A stretch of 64,000 bases of DNA from Escherichia coli (lineage in GTDB: Bacteria > Pseudomonadota > Gammaproteobacteria > Enterobacterales > Enterobacteriaceae): the NCBI RefSeq assembly GCF_013315695.1, contig NZ_CP054353.1. One strand, written 5' to 3'. Of this stretch, positions 1-9,890 are shown piece after piece. Each line of letters opens with the position of its first letter. Position 1 is the first letter of the stretch. Made by a program: the position numbers and the translations under genes. The notes under the pieces were generated by a model. That model saw only the letters and a program-made list of their open reading frames with translations, ran no database searches and was not told where the DNA came from.

Positions 1-3000
1 CCCGCGCCAGATACACCAGCGTTACCGGTTGGTATTCATCAACGGCAACCGCCGCCACAAAGCGATCGTCACGGAACTCAATGTGCTTAATACTCGCCTG
101 CTGCATCTGGTTCAGTAAGTTCTGCACTTCGCCACCACTTTGCTCCAGGCTGGCGCTACCGTTCGCCAGATTCTGGTTTTCCAGTTCCAGACCCGCTGGC
201 AGCAGATCCACGACCAACGCATCCGGCACGCTGTTACTGGCTTTAACCTGCAACCACACCAGCACCAGATCGCCGCTACGTAACGAGTCCAGCGATTTGC
301 TCTTACCATCAGTACCAAGAATATGACGCTCGATTTGCAGCACATTGTTCGCCGGTAAAGGTGCGGATTGCGGATAACCGCTGGCATCCACACGCAGCCA
401 TAACGGCTGATCGCCACTGTTGCTCACCTGCAAGGTGGCAAGTTGATCGCTATTCAGATTGCTGTTTTGCGCTTTCTCGCCTGTCAGCGGCTCAGCTGAG
501 AAAGAGGTTTGCGCCTGCCATTTACCCGGTAAATCCTGAACCGTACGGGCAGCCAGGAACAACGCGTTACTTTCCTGCGTCGATAGCCAGCGTTCACCAA
601 ACGCCTGCTGCGAAAGCGTATTCAGCAAAGTGTTCTGCTCATCGGGTAGCAGTTTATTTTCTTCCAGCAAGGAGAGCATTAACGCGTTGTCGCGCAGTGG
701 GCTACCGTAATCACCCAGCCATTTCCGCTCATCATTACGCGGCGTTTTCAGCGCCAGCGCAATTGCTTCTTCACCACGCGTCGCATCACCCATGGTTTTC
801 AGCGCAACGCCAAGTTGCAGCAGCGGTAAACCAGAAGCGGCATCTGCACGATGCTCCCAGATTTCACGCAGCGCACCCAGTGGAGCTTTTTGCTGACGGG
901 CCAGCACCAGCGCAGCGTAAGACTGTACGGCGAATTTACTGGCTTTGAGATTATCCGCGTACGGGATCGACATCATGCCCGGATCTTGTAAATAGCGCAG
1001 CAGACGCTCATTTCCCCGGTTAATGGCGTCTGTCGGCACGCTGTAACCCTGCTCACCTGCGCGGACCAGGAAATCCATCACGTAAGCCGTCAGCCAGTAC
1101 TCTTCGTCACCGTTTTTATCCCACAGCGCAAAGCCGCCGTTATCACGTTGCATTTGCAGCAAACGGGAAATGCCGATATCGACCGATGCACGGCGTTTCT
1201 CATCACTGTCGCCTTTGATGCCCAACGCCTGCAGTTGGGCTGCGTTGGTATAAAGTGACGGGAACAGGCCGCTGGCGGTTTGCTCAAGACAGCCGTACGG
1301 ATACGCTTTTAACTCTTTGATATAACGTGCGATGTTCAGCGGTGGTTTGCCGCTCAACAACAATTGCCCTTCCAGCGTAACAGGCGAGAAGTTTTGCAAT
1401 CCATCCGCCGGAATCGCCCATGTCTCACCAGGCTGCAACGCCGTACCGTAATTGACCGTTTGTGCCGGGAACGCCGGACGGACGCCGATTTTCCACTGTT
1501 TATGCTGATCGGCAACGGTTTCCCCGGGTAACGCTAACCCGCTAATGGTGGCCTGAATTTCTCCATCGCCATAACCCGGCAATGCTCGCACCGGGATAAA
1601 CAGCGTAGTACGCACACCTGGCGCTAATTCAACGGCTGCGGGTGAATCGCTGACCAGTTCAAGCAAACCACTGGCGGTCAGGGCAACGTTCAGTTTTTGC
1701 GGTTTATCGGTAAGATTAGTGATATCCAGCGTCAGACGCGAGGTATCGCCACTCGCCATAAAGCGCGGCATGTTCAGTTCAGCAATCACCGGTGCGGCAA
1801 CTATCACTTTGCTTTCGTTGCTTCCGAAGTCATCTGCCGTCCAGGCTTGCGCCATGACGCGCAATTCACCGTTAAAATCGCCAATTGGCAGTGTAACCGA
1901 GCCTTCACCCTGTTCGTTGAGCGTTACCGGCAGCGCCTGCTGCGCGACAATATTGACGTGATTGACCGGCGGTTTACCACCACGTTTCAGCTCATCACCA
2001 TCACCACCAAAACGCAGAGCTGCCAGACGCCCCTGACCTTCAATGACCTGACCGTAAATATCGTAAATGTCTGCGCCATAGCGTTTCTGACCAAAGAACG
2101 CCTGCCACGGATCTGGCGTGACGTAATCAGTAATATTCAGCACACCGCTATCAACGGCAGACACCAGCACATTCACCTGTTTTGGCATCTCACCATTTTT
2201 AGTGCTGGCTTTAATTTTCACGGTTAATGGCTGATTGGGGCGCATTTTTGCTGGTGTTTCCAGCGCCAGATCGAGGCGACGGTTTTCATCACCAAGCGGC
2301 AGATGCAACACCCCAACTGCGCGTTTTGGCGTCGCAGAGCGAGATTTATCGCCAGGACGTACCACCAGCGTACTTAAATACAAATCATGACGATTCCAGG
2401 TTTTATCGACCGGAATCGTCAGATCCAGCCCTTGAGCCGGAACATCAATCTCTTGCCACCACAGCGGCCCTTCACTGGACTCGACCATCGCATAACCTTT
2501 ACCCGCCGTTGGCGCGGCAATATGCAACTTAATGGTATCGCCAAGGCGATAACTGGCTTTATCCAGTTTCAGCGTGACACGGTCGGGTCGCACGACACCG
2601 CTCCCGTCGCTGTTGTCCTGCCAGCTATAGCCAGCCCAGAAACGCACACTACTGACCGCTTCATTCGGCGCTTTGACTTCCAGACGATAAGCGCCCCACT
2701 CTACCGGGAAACTGACCTTACCGGTTTCGTCCGCTTTCAGATCCAGAGTTTGTTCATTTTCGATCAGATCTTTTTGATCAAACTGTGACTGCCAGCCTTC
2801 ATCTTCTGACCAGTTCCAGTAGTAATCGCGGCGTTCGCGAATCAAGCGCACCTGCAAGCCCGACACGGCTTTTTTTACGCCTTGCGCATCGCTATAAACG
2901 ATGTCAAAAGCGGCGTTACTGCCTTCATCAACAATGGGCTGTTTCACCGTGCTGTCAGTGCGATAATCGTAAACCGATTTCGAGGCGAACTGCGGACGGA

Positions 3001-4849
3001 TCCCCGGCAATGCATCGGCAGGCCAGATAGCCTGCTCAGCGCGGCGCGTCACCGGGCGACCGCCCGATTCCAGCAAACTACCCTGGAAAATAACCTGTAA
3101 TGGGGAATGCGTTTCCTTCCACTGGCTTTCTGTAGAAACTTCGCCACGCCCTTTATCATCCAGCGTCAACTGAACTTCATCCAGCGTGCGGGAAAGATTT
3201 TCGGCAGCTATCTCGCCGAATTCGAAACCAGGTAAGGCTGACACAGCTTCACGCAGTGGGCGCAGGAAAAGTTGCCCTTGCAAAGTATTACCATTAGCAG
3301 GCGCACCGTACAGGTAGTACCCCACCACGGAGAATTTCACTTCATCTTTCGGCGTTAGCGGGGTTTTCTCACCGGTCAGATTCAGCGCCATGCGCTCTGG
3401 CATAAAATCTTCGACGTGGAAATCCCACATCCGGTACTGGTTATCGCCCGTGTTAGCGCGAATATGCCACATACCGGTTGCCGCATTGCTATCGAGTGGC
3501 CAGGTAAAGTGGTAGAGGCCATTCTCCGGCTGACTAACGACGCTCCTGAGTACCTGCCCGTCGGGTTTAATCACGTCTAACTTGATGGGTTGATCGGGCA
3601 ATGCTTTACCATCTGCATCACGCAATAAACCATTGAGGATGACTGTTTCACCCGGGCGATAAAGATCGCGCGGGCCAAACATGAAAAACTGTTTGCTATA
3701 GCCTGGCGCGCCAGCAATGTTAAATTCTGCTAAGTCCAGCGCCGGAAGTTTTAAATCGAGTAGCGTTGTCTGACCGTCTTTACGCGCCAGCAGTAATGCC
3801 GCGTTTTTATCATTTTCCAGCTGCACATGCCCCTGAGCATCACTGGTTGCCTGAGTCAGAGTCTGCCCTTTCTCATTTAATAAAGAGACTTCTATTCCTT
3901 GCTGGGCCGCGCCGTTTTCCAGACTTTGGGTAAAGATATCCAGACGATTGTGATAACGGTGAGCTGAAACGCCGATATCACTTAACGTAAACAGCGTCGC
4001 GGGATTACTGTAATCGTAACGTCCAGCCTGATTCATCACAGCCAGATACACGCCTGCCTGCTGAAGCGGTTTGATATCGCCCAGCGGCAGCAATAATTTT
4101 TCACGGGTGTTACGCGCAGGATTGAGATCAAACCGTCCAGTGTAGACCAGATCCGCCATCTGCAGCAGTTTGTCTGACTGCCAGTTCGCCAGCGAATTGC
4201 GGTATTCCCATTGGCTAATGAAAGCGGGCAGTGATTCTGGTTTCACACGGAAGAAGTTAACATCGACATTGTTAACGTTGAGCGCCATTACCGGCAGCCC
4301 TTCAATAACTTTACCAGGTAACAACGAACCACGGCTGGCAAAACCGACGCTGGGTTGGATATCACGGGTAGTTATAGTTTTTTCGTAATCTTTACTGAAG
4401 GTTGCGTTGTTGAGTGCTTTGACCTCCTTGCCAATAGTGACGATCAAATCACGTTTCGGTTCGAGGTGGCGTAAACGCAACTCTTTAAGATTATCTGACA
4501 GCTCCCAGGCACCATCCACTTTGCCGCTTTTCTTATCGACGACATGGATAACGCGTGAGAAATCCTGATCCGGATCGAGAGGAATGGAGAACGTCAGCAC
4601 CAGCGTGGCTGCGCCATCAAGTTGAACTTCAGAGAGATCCAGCAATGTCAGCGCCTTACCGGCACTCTGTTGGGCCAGTTTTTGTCGCTCCGGCGCGGAA
4701 AGTTTTGCTGAACTCACGTTTTCTGAAGAGGCCGCTTTAGTAACTTCAGAAGGCGCATCTTTTTTCACCGCTGTTGGCGCGTTATCGTTGTTGTCGCACC
4801 CTGCCAGCGCCAGCATTAGCATGCAGGCGGCTACGCGTAACTTTTTCAT
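1..4849 (-). CDS. yfhM: Alpha-2-macroglobulin family lipoprotein; C-terminal end runs off the window start
   Basis: Minus-strand frame open from ATG at 4849 (AGGGA ribosome-binding site upstream) to the window edge. N-terminus reads MKKLRVAACMLMLALAGC with a lipobox. Position upstream of sseA matches K-12. Missing from the ORF track because no stop lies in the window. Confidence 0.85.
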   Translation of the reverse strand, partial: MKKLRVAACMLMLALAGCDNNDNAPTAVKKDAPSEVTKAASSENVSSAKLSAPERQKLAQQSAGKALTLLDLSEVQLDGAATLVLTFSIPLDPDQDFSRVIHVVDKKSGKVDGAWELSDNLKELRLRHLEPKRDLIVTIGKEVKALNNATFSKDYEKTITTRDIQPSVGFASRGSLLPGKVIEGLPVMALNVNNVDVNFFRVKPESLPAFISQWEYRNSLANWQSDKLLQMADLVYTGRFDLNPARNTREKLLLPLGDIKPLQQAGVYLAVMNQAGRYDYSNPATLFTLSDIGVSAHRYHNRLDIFTQSLENGAAQQGIEVSLLNEKGQTLTQATSDAQGHVQLENDKNAALLLARKDGQTTLLDLKLPALDLAEFNIAGAPGYSKQFFMFGPRDLYRPGETVILNGLLRDADGKALPDQPIKLDVIKPDGQVLRSVVSQPENGLYHFTWPLDSNAATGMWHIRANTGDNQYRMWDFHVEDFMPERMALNLTGEKTPLTPKDEVKFSVVGYYLYGAPANGNTLQGQLFLRPLREAVSALPGFEFGEIAAENLSRTLDEVQLTLDDKGRGEVSTESQWKETHSPLQVIFQGSLLESGGRPVTRRAEQAIWPADALPGIRPQFASKSVYDYRTDSTVKQPIVDEGSNAAFDIVYSDAQGVKKAVSGLQVRLIRERRDYYWNWSEDEGWQSQFDQKDLIENEQTLDLKADETGKVSFPVEWGAYRLEVKAPNEAVSSVRFWAGYSWQDNSDGSGVVRPDRVTLKLDKASYRLGDTIKLHIAAPTAGKGYAMVESSEGPLWWQEIDVPAQGLDLTIPVDKTWNRHDLYLSTLVVRPGDKSRSATPKRAVGVLHLPLGDENRRLDLALETPAKMRPNQPLTVKIKASTKNGEMPKQVNVLVSAVDSGVLNITDYVTPDPWQAFFGQKRYGADIYDIYGQVIEGQGRLAALRFGGDGDELKRGGKPPVNHVNIVAQQALPVTLNEQGEGSVTLPIGDFNGELRVMAQAWTADDFGSNESKVIVAAPVIAELNMPRFMASGDTSRLTLDITNLTDKPQKLNVALTASGLLELVSDSPAAVELAPGVRTTLFIPVRALPGYGDGEIQATISGLALPGETVADQHKQWKIGVRPAFPAQTVNYGTALQPGETWAIPADGLQNFSPVTLEGQLLLSGKPPLNIARYIKELKAYPYGCLEQTASGLFPSLYTNAAQLQALGIKGDSDEKRRASVDIGISRLLQMQRDNGGFALWDKNGDEEYWLTAYVMDFLVRAGEQGYSVPTDAINRGNERLLRYLQDPGMMSIPYADNLKASKFAVQSYAALVLARQQKAPLGALREIWEHRADAASGLPLLQLGVALKTMGDATRGEEAIALALKTPRNDERKWLGDYGSPLRDNALMLSLLEENKLLPDEQNTLLNTLSQQAFGERWLSTQESNALFLAARTVQDLPGKWQAQTSFSAEPLTGEKAQNSNLNSDQLATLQVSNSGDQPLWLRVDASGYPQSAPLPANNVLQIERHILGTDGKSKSLDSLRSGDLVLVWLQVKASNSVPDALVVDLLPAGLELENQNLANGSASLEQSGGEVQNLLNQMQQASIKHIEFRDDRFVAAVAVDEYQPVTLVYLAR

Positions 4850-5055
4850 TTTTCATCCCTGCCACAATGGCCCGTTAGCAACGTCGAATAATTATTATGC
4901 GTGAGAATTTACGTTATGTAATTCAGTATCACGCCCATACAATCCGAATTTTAGTGAGAATTGTGGCTCAGACAGCCAAATCAGCCTCTTTTGCTTGTCG
5001 CTTTTCACTAAACATCCGACAATTTAGCCTAACCCCGGCAAAAATGGAGATGCCT

Positions 5056-5901
5056 ATGTCCACGACATGGTTTGTAGGAGCCGACTGGCTCGCCGAACAT
5101 ATTGATGACCCGGAAATTCAGATTATCGATGCCCGCATGGCGTCGCCTGGACAGGAAGATCGTAACGTTGCTCAGGAGTATCTGAATGGACATATTCCCG
5201 GCGCAGTGTTTTTTGATATCGAAGCGCTTTCTGATCACACTTCCCCGCTTCCGCACATGCTGCCGCGCCCGGAAACGTTCGCCGTGGCGATGCGTGAATT
5301 AGGCGTTAACCAGGATAAGCACCTGATTATCTATGACGAAGGTAATCTTTTCTCAGCCCCACGAGCATGGTGGATGCTGCGCACCTTTGGTGTAGAGAAA
5401 GTGTCGATTCTGGGGGGTGGACTTGCAGGCTGGCAGCGCGATGATCTGCTGTTAGAAGAAGGTGCAGTAGAGCTGCCGGAAGGAGAGTTTAACGCCACGT
5501 TTAATCCTGAAGCCGTGGTGAAAGTCACCGATGTGTTATTGGCAAGCCATGAAAATACGGCGCAAATTATTGATGCCCGCCCGGCTGCACGTTTTAACGC
5601 AGAAGTTGATGAACCTCGCCCAGGTTTACGTCGCGGACATATTCCCGGTGCATTGAACGTTCCGTGGACGGAACTGGTGCGCGAAGGCGAACTAAAAACG
5701 ACCGATGAACTGGATGCGATATTTTTTGGTCGCGGCGTCAGCTATGACAAACCGATTATCGTCAGCTGCGGCTCTGGTGTAACGGCAGCCGTGGTTTTGT
5801 TGGCACTCGCGACACTTGATGTGCCAAACGTGAAACTGTACGACGGCGCATGGAGTGAATGGGGCGCACGAGCAGATTTACCGGTTGAGCCCGTAAAATA
5901 A
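5056..5901 (+). CDS. sseA: 3-mercaptopyruvate sulfurtransferase (rhodanese family), 281 aa
   Basis: Internal ATG at 5056 with GGAG 5 nt upstream; product starts MSTTWFVGADW. The track ORF 4897..5901 is a longer upstream extension. Confidence 0.93.
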   Translation: MSTTWFVGADWLAEHIDDPEIQIIDARMASPGQEDRNVAQEYLNGHIPGAVFFDIEALSDHTSPLPHMLPRPETFAVAMRELGVNQDKHLIIYDEGNLFSAPRAWWMLRTFGVEKVSILGGGLAGWQRDDLLLEEGAVELPEGEFNATFNPEAVVKVTDVLLASHENTAQIIDARPAARFNAEVDEPRPGLRRGHIPGALNVPWTELVREGELKTTDELDAIFFGRGVSYDKPIIVSCGSGVTAAVVLLALATLDVPNVKLYDGAWSEWGARADLPVEPVK

Positions 5902-5916
5902 GCTTTTTACAGGCAA

Positions 5917-5947
5917 TAAAAAACCGCCGAATTTGGCGGTTTTTTAT
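5917..5947 (+). terminator. Intrinsic terminator downstream of sseA
   Basis: GC hairpin CCGCC(gaattt)GGCGG followed by a run of six T. Confidence 0.7.
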
Positions 5948-6005
5948 TGCTGGTCTGGTTCGCGGCCTTTCCAGCAGGTTGTATTACTGCAAGTGTATCT
6001 CGTCT
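5917..6005. repeat. Intergenic repeat module, copy A (terminator hairpin + GGTTCGCGGCCTTTCCAGCAGGTT + GCAAGTGTATCTCGTC)
   Basis: Near-identical about 60-bp segment recurs at 6961-7025, and the 16-mer GCAAGTGTATCTCGTC recurs at 7206-7221. Confidence 0.75.
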
Positions 6006-6028
6006 ACTCAATACTCGCTTTATGCATC

Positions 6029-6037
6029 AACGATGTC
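6029..6037. repeat. IS1 copy 1 target-site duplication, left (AACGATGTC)
   Basis: Identical 9-mer directly flanks the other end of the element at 6806-6814. Confidence 0.9.
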
Positions 6038-6092
6038 GGTGATGCTGCCAACTTACTGATTTAGTGTATGATGGTGTTTTTGAGGTGCTCCA

Positions 6093-6368
6093 GTGGCTTC
6101 TGTTTCTATCAGCTGTCCCTCCTGTTCAGCTACTGACGGGGTGGTGCGTAACGGCAAAAGCACCGCCGGACATCAGCGCTATCTCTGCTCTCACTGCCGT
6201 AAAACATGGCAACTGCAGTTCACTTACACCGCTTCTCAACCCGGTACGCACCAGAAAATCATTGATATGGCCATGAATGGCGTTGGATGCCGGGCAACAG
6301 CCCGCATTATGGGCGTTGGCCTCAACACGATTTTACGTCACTTAAAAAACTCAGGCCGCAGTCGGTAA
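6093..6368 (+). CDS. insA: IS1 InsA (transposition inhibitor / N-terminal part of InsAB' transposase), 91 aa
   Basis: ORF translation [37 protein letters not shown]... matches IS1 InsA as I recall it. Confidence 0.95.
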
Positions 6369-6790
6369 CCTCGCGCATACAGCCGGGCAGTGACGTCATC
6401 GTCTGCGCGGAAATGGACGAACAGTGGGGCTATGTCGGGGCTAAATCGCGCCAGCGCTGGCTGTTTTACGCGTATGACAGGCTCCGGAAGACGGTTGTTG
6501 CGCACGTATTCGGTGAACGCACTATGGCGACGCTGGGGCGTCTTATGAGCCTGCTGTCACCCTTTGACGTGGTGATATGGATGACGGATGGCTGGCCGCT
6601 GTATGAATCCCGCCTGAAGGGAAAGCTGCACGTAATCAGCAAGCGATATACGCAGCGAATTGAGCGGCATAACCTGAATCTGAGGCAGCACCTGGCACGG
6701 CTGGGACGGAAGTCGCTGTCGTTCTCAAAATCGGTGGAGCTGCATGACAAAGTCATCGGGCATTATCTGAACATAAAACACTATCAATAA
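6287..6790 (+). CDS. insB: IS1 InsB reading frame (joined to InsA by -1 frameshift to make the transposase), 167 aa
   Basis: ORF translation [21 protein letters not shown]... matches IS1 InsB. A6C slippery motif at 6344-6350 lies in the insA/insB overlap. Confidence 0.93.
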
Positions 6791-6805
6791 GTTGGAGTCA
6801 TTACC

Positions 6806-6814
6806 AACGATGTC
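6806..6814. repeat. IS1 copy 1 target-site duplication, right (AACGATGTC)
   Basis: Matches 6029-6037 exactly. Confidence 0.9.
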
Positions 6815-6960
6815 AAGTAGATAAAAAAGGATAGATTTTGAATTCATTTGGCTTATCAGTCCGAATTCAGACAAATATAAACAAATCCCGCTTAATATTA
6901 AAATATACTAACTGGTAAAAGATATTACTTAAACGTGTAATTTCACTTTCTTTAAACAAC

Positions 6961-7030
6961 AAAAAACCGCCAAAATCAGGCGGTTATTTGTTGCTGGTTT
7001 GGTTCGCGGCCTTTCCAGCAGGTTCACTTG
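6961..7030. repeat. Intergenic repeat module, copy B (includes a terminator-like hairpin at 6961-6992)
   Basis: AAAAAACCGCCaaaatcaGGCGGTTATTTGTTGCTGGTTTGGTTCGCGGCCTTTCCAGCAGGTT is near-identical to 5917-5980. Confidence 0.75.
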
Positions 7031-7285
7031 TGTTGCATGAACAACGCAGGTGCCTCACAGCAAAAGAATACTCGCTGTTAAGAAATTTTGTGTCAAGTAA
7101 AAAACGAGTAATTATTTTTCGGTTAGCGTATTATTGACACCGACCCTTTCCGCCGTCTCGCAAACGGGCGCTGGCTTTAGGAAAGGATGTTCCTTGGCCG
7201 TAAATGCAAGTGTATCTCGTCGCTTGCTATCGCGGCAATATCGCCAGTGGTGCTGTCGTGATGCGGTCTTCGCATGGACCGCACA

Positions 7286-7411
7286 ATGAAGATACGGTGC
7301 TTTTGTATCGTACTTATTGTTTCTGGTGCGCTGTTAACCGAGGTAAATAATAACCGGAGTCTCTCCGGTAACAATTTATTGGTGGTTAACAACCTTCAGA
7401 ACAGCAGGTAA
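7286..7411 (+). CDS. Hydrophobic small ORF inside ryfA, 41 aa (45 aa from ATG at 7274): MKIRCFCIVLIVSGALLTEVNNNRSLSGNNLLVVNNLQNSR; candidate TimP-like small membrane toxin
   Basis: Open frame translated by hand. One predicted transmembrane helix. Lies within the terminated transcript. Weak ribosome-binding site. Below the 60-aa cutoff of the ORF track. Confidence 0.4.
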   Translation: MKIRCFCIVLIVSGALLTEVNNNRSLSGNNLLVVNNLQNSR

Positions 7412-7417
7412 GCCCGA

Positions 7418-7444
7418 ATGCCGCCCTTTGGGGCGGCATATTTT
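7418..7444 (+). terminator. Intrinsic terminator of the ryfA-like transcript
   Basis: ATGCCGCCC(tttg)GGGCGGCAT followed by ATTTT; overlaps the sseB stop codon on the other strand. Confidence 0.75.
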
Positions 7445-8219
7445 AGATTATCCGGTTCTGTTTAAAGTCACGCAAAAAACCACCCCAGCGACGTTCATAG
7501 AATGGCACAATATGTTCGGTAATAAAGTGGCTAATTCCTTTTTCCCCTTTTTTCACCTGACAAATATCGATGGGTTCATCGCCAGGTATTGTATCGGTCG
7601 CTACACTTCCCGCCGCCTGAATAATTTCTTCGATATCACCATCGGCTTCAATGCCAATAAGTAAATTAGGCTGTGCCTCTTCGTTCTCTTTAATTGAACA
7701 AATAAAAGCACGCTTCACCGGCTTAATAGTTTTAAATAAGGTGGTGAGTGAATCAATCATTTGTGCTGGTGGCTCTGCGACTTCCGATAATATCAGCGAT
7801 TCACCGCCCTCCAGTACTTCCTGGCTGCTCAGCGGATTTCCTTCTTCACCAATCAACAAACTGATTTCACGCGGCATAAATTCTTTACCGGTTGGCAGTT
7901 TGGCATTAAGGAAGAGCGTTTCGCCAAGGGTCATCTCAAACAATGTGCGAACGGGCATTACGACAAATGCCTGTTCGTCTTCAACCGCCTGTTGAAGTGC
8001 TTCTAACGAGGTGAAAAAAGGAATGACGCTGGTGCCGTCTTCTTTTTCCCAGTGCTGTAAATCAAGTGCGCTATCTTCAACCACAGCCTCGCCCTGCGCC
8101 GCCGTACCAGGCACCCAGACGGTGGATTCCAGTAGAGTACGGAAAAAGGCCGGGCGGTGCGCCGGTTCGGTTGCTGCTTTTTCCAGCAGGTCTTCAAGTT
8201 CGTTTTTTATTTCTGACAT
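7443..8219 (-). CDS. sseB: Enhanced serine sensitivity protein SseB, 258 aa
   Basis: Track ORF 7443..8228 begins at a GTG; ATG at 8219 gives MSEIKNELEDLL..., which is the N-terminus I recall. Confidence 0.85.
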   Translation of the reverse strand: MSEIKNELEDLLEKAATEPAHRPAFFRTLLESTVWVPGTAAQGEAVVEDSALDLQHWEKEDGTSVIPFFTSLEALQQAVEDEQAFVVMPVRTLFEMTLGETLFLNAKLPTGKEFMPREISLLIGEEGNPLSSQEVLEGGESLILSEVAEPPAQMIDSLTTLFKTIKPVKRAFICSIKENEEAQPNLLIGIEADGDIEEIIQAAGSVATDTIPGDEPIDICQVKKGEKGISHFITEHIVPFYERRWGGFLRDFKQNRII

Positions 8220-8255
8220 AAGAACCACAATTCATTCAACGTTCGGGGCACAAGT

Positions 8256-8326
8256 GCCTGATGCGCCACGCTTATCAGGCCTACAAGGGAGTCGCAATCT
8301 ATTGGATTTTCGCAATTTGTAGGCCA
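8256..8326. repeat. REP (repetitive extragenic palindrome) element
   Basis: GCCTGATGCGCCACGCTTATCAGGCCTACA followed by TGTAGGCC; typical E. coli REP sequence. Confidence 0.7.
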
Positions 8327-8336
8327 AATAAGACGT

Positions 8337-9620
8337 TTACGCCGTTAACAGATTAGCAATCGTGCGCACACCAAGTCCCGTAGCACCCGCAGACCACTGT
8401 TCAACCGGCGCTTTACGGTAAGTCGCCGAGCAGTCGATATGCAGCCAGCCTTGCTGATAGTTCTCAACAAAGTGCGACAGGAAGCCCGCCGCCGTGCTTG
8501 CACCTGCCGGATACGCCGCGCTTCCGGTATTGTTCAGTTCGGCAAAGTTAGACGGCAGCTGGCTGCGGTGGAACTCCGCCAGCGGCAGACGCCAGAACGG
8601 TTCATTCTCTTGTGAGGCACTCGCCAGCAAGCGAGCGGCAAGCGCATCGTCAAAACTGAACAGCGCGTGATAATCATTACCCAGCGCGGTTTTCGCCGCC
8701 CCGGTGAGGGTCGCCGCATCAATGATCAGTTCCGGTTTCTGCGCACTGGCATCAATCAGGCCATCGGCCAGCACCAGACGCCCTTCCGCATCGGTGTTCA
8801 TCACTTCAACTTTTTTACCGTTGCGATAGGTAATAATATCGCCCAGTTTGAACGCGTTGCCGCTGATCAGGTTATCCGCACAGCAGAGGAACAGCTTCAC
8901 GCGCTTGTTCAGTCCGCGCGTAATGGCAAACGCCAGCGCTCCGGTAACCGTTGCCGCGCCGCCCATGTCCGACTTCATCGAGTCCATAAATGCGGTCTGT
9001 TTGATGCTGTAGCCGCCGGAATCAAAGGTGATGCCTTTACCAACCAGGCACGCGTACACTGGCGCTTCTTTATCGCCAGTTGGGTTGTAATCCAGCGCCA
9101 GCAATACCGGGGAACGTTCTGAACCGCGCCCGACGGTGTGCAGCCCCATATAACCTTGATCACGCAGATCTTCACCTTTGGTGATCCGATAAGTCACACG
9201 ATCGCCTGCGACGTTGCTGATCAGATCAACAGCACGCTGTGCCAGTTGCGATGGCCCCAGCTCTTCCGCCGGTGCGTTAATGGTGTCACGCACCCAGTCG
9301 ATGATCATCAGGCGGTTATCCAGTTCCTGACGCTGGGCATCGTCCAGATCCGGCCACTCCACTTTACGTGTGCCTTTCGGAGCTTTGTAACCTTGCCAGA
9401 ATGCCCAGCAACGATCCGCATCCCAGCCTTCACCGCTTAGCTGAACATGTTTGATGCCCAGACCGTCAATCTTGCGCGCCGCACGCTGGATCAGCCCCAG
9501 ATCGTCCGCTCCGTTCAAGTGCAGGGTAATACCATCATTATTAATACTGTAAGTCGCTTTTTCTCCCCAGCGCGCATCGGCAGGTTGGGTCGAGAGGGTA
9601 ATCTTCATCGCTTCTGTCAT
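8337..9620 (-). CDS. pepB: Peptidase B (M17 leucyl aminopeptidase family), 427 aa
   Basis: Full-length ORF; NTDAEGR motif; synteny. Confidence 0.95.
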   Translation of the reverse strand: MTEAMKITLSTQPADARWGEKATYSINNDGITLHLNGADDLGLIQRAARKIDGLGIKHVQLSGEGWDADRCWAFWQGYKAPKGTRKVEWPDLDDAQRQELDNRLMIIDWVRDTINAPAEELGPSQLAQRAVDLISNVAGDRVTYRITKGEDLRDQGYMGLHTVGRGSERSPVLLALDYNPTGDKEAPVYACLVGKGITFDSGGYSIKQTAFMDSMKSDMGGAATVTGALAFAITRGLNKRVKLFLCCADNLISGNAFKLGDIITYRNGKKVEVMNTDAEGRLVLADGLIDASAQKPELIIDAATLTGAAKTALGNDYHALFSFDDALAARLLASASQENEPFWRLPLAEFHRSQLPSNFAELNNTGSAAYPAGASTAAGFLSHFVENYQQGWLHIDCSATYRKAPVEQWSAGATGLGVRTIANLLTA

Positions 9621-9678
9621 TTTAGTTATCCTTATTCGTTTAACAGCAAAACGGGCTACCCCCAGGCAGCCCGTTCAT

Positions 9679-9879
9679 TTACTCGGCCTCGTCAAGCCAG
9701 ACTAACAAAATCGCTTCGAGGATTTTCTCGTTGGATGCCTGCGGGTCGTCGTCGAAATCTTCCAGATCGCAAATCCACTGATGCATATCGGTGAATCGAA
9801 CCGTTTTCGGATCAAGATCGGGATACGCATCGTACAGTGCTTCGCCAATTTCGCGGCTATCGGTCCACTTAAGTCCCAT
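9679..9879 (-). CDS. iscX: Fe-S assembly accessory protein IscX, 66 aa
   Basis: [27 protein letters not shown]...; position after fdx. Confidence 0.93.
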
Positions 9880-9890
9880 ACTAACCTCTG

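Larger units (their letters stand above)
6038..6805 (+). mobile_element. IS1: IS1 insertion sequence, 768 bp, copy 1
   Basis: Starts GGTGATGCTGCCAACTTACTGAT and ends ...GTTGGAGTCATTACC (the IS1 terminal inverted repeats). Contains insA and insB ORFs and the A6C frameshift motif. Confidence 0.97.
7207..7444 (+). ncRNA. ryfA: ryfA-like small RNA / small-protein mRNA locus; 5' end approximate
   Basis: Sits in the sseA-sseB gap where ryfA lies in K-12. Ends in a strong plus-strand intrinsic terminator (7418-7444). Possible promoter TTAGGA-N17-GTAAAT just upstream of the conserved GCAAGTGTATCTCGTC. The 5' boundary is a guess. Confidence 0.45.

Noticed and set aside
7133-7138. TTGACA hexamer as the -35 element of the ryfA promoter
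   Set aside because: No acceptable -10 element at 16-19 bp spacing downstream; a TTAGGA-N17-GTAAAT arrangement next to the conserved 16-mer is a better candidate.
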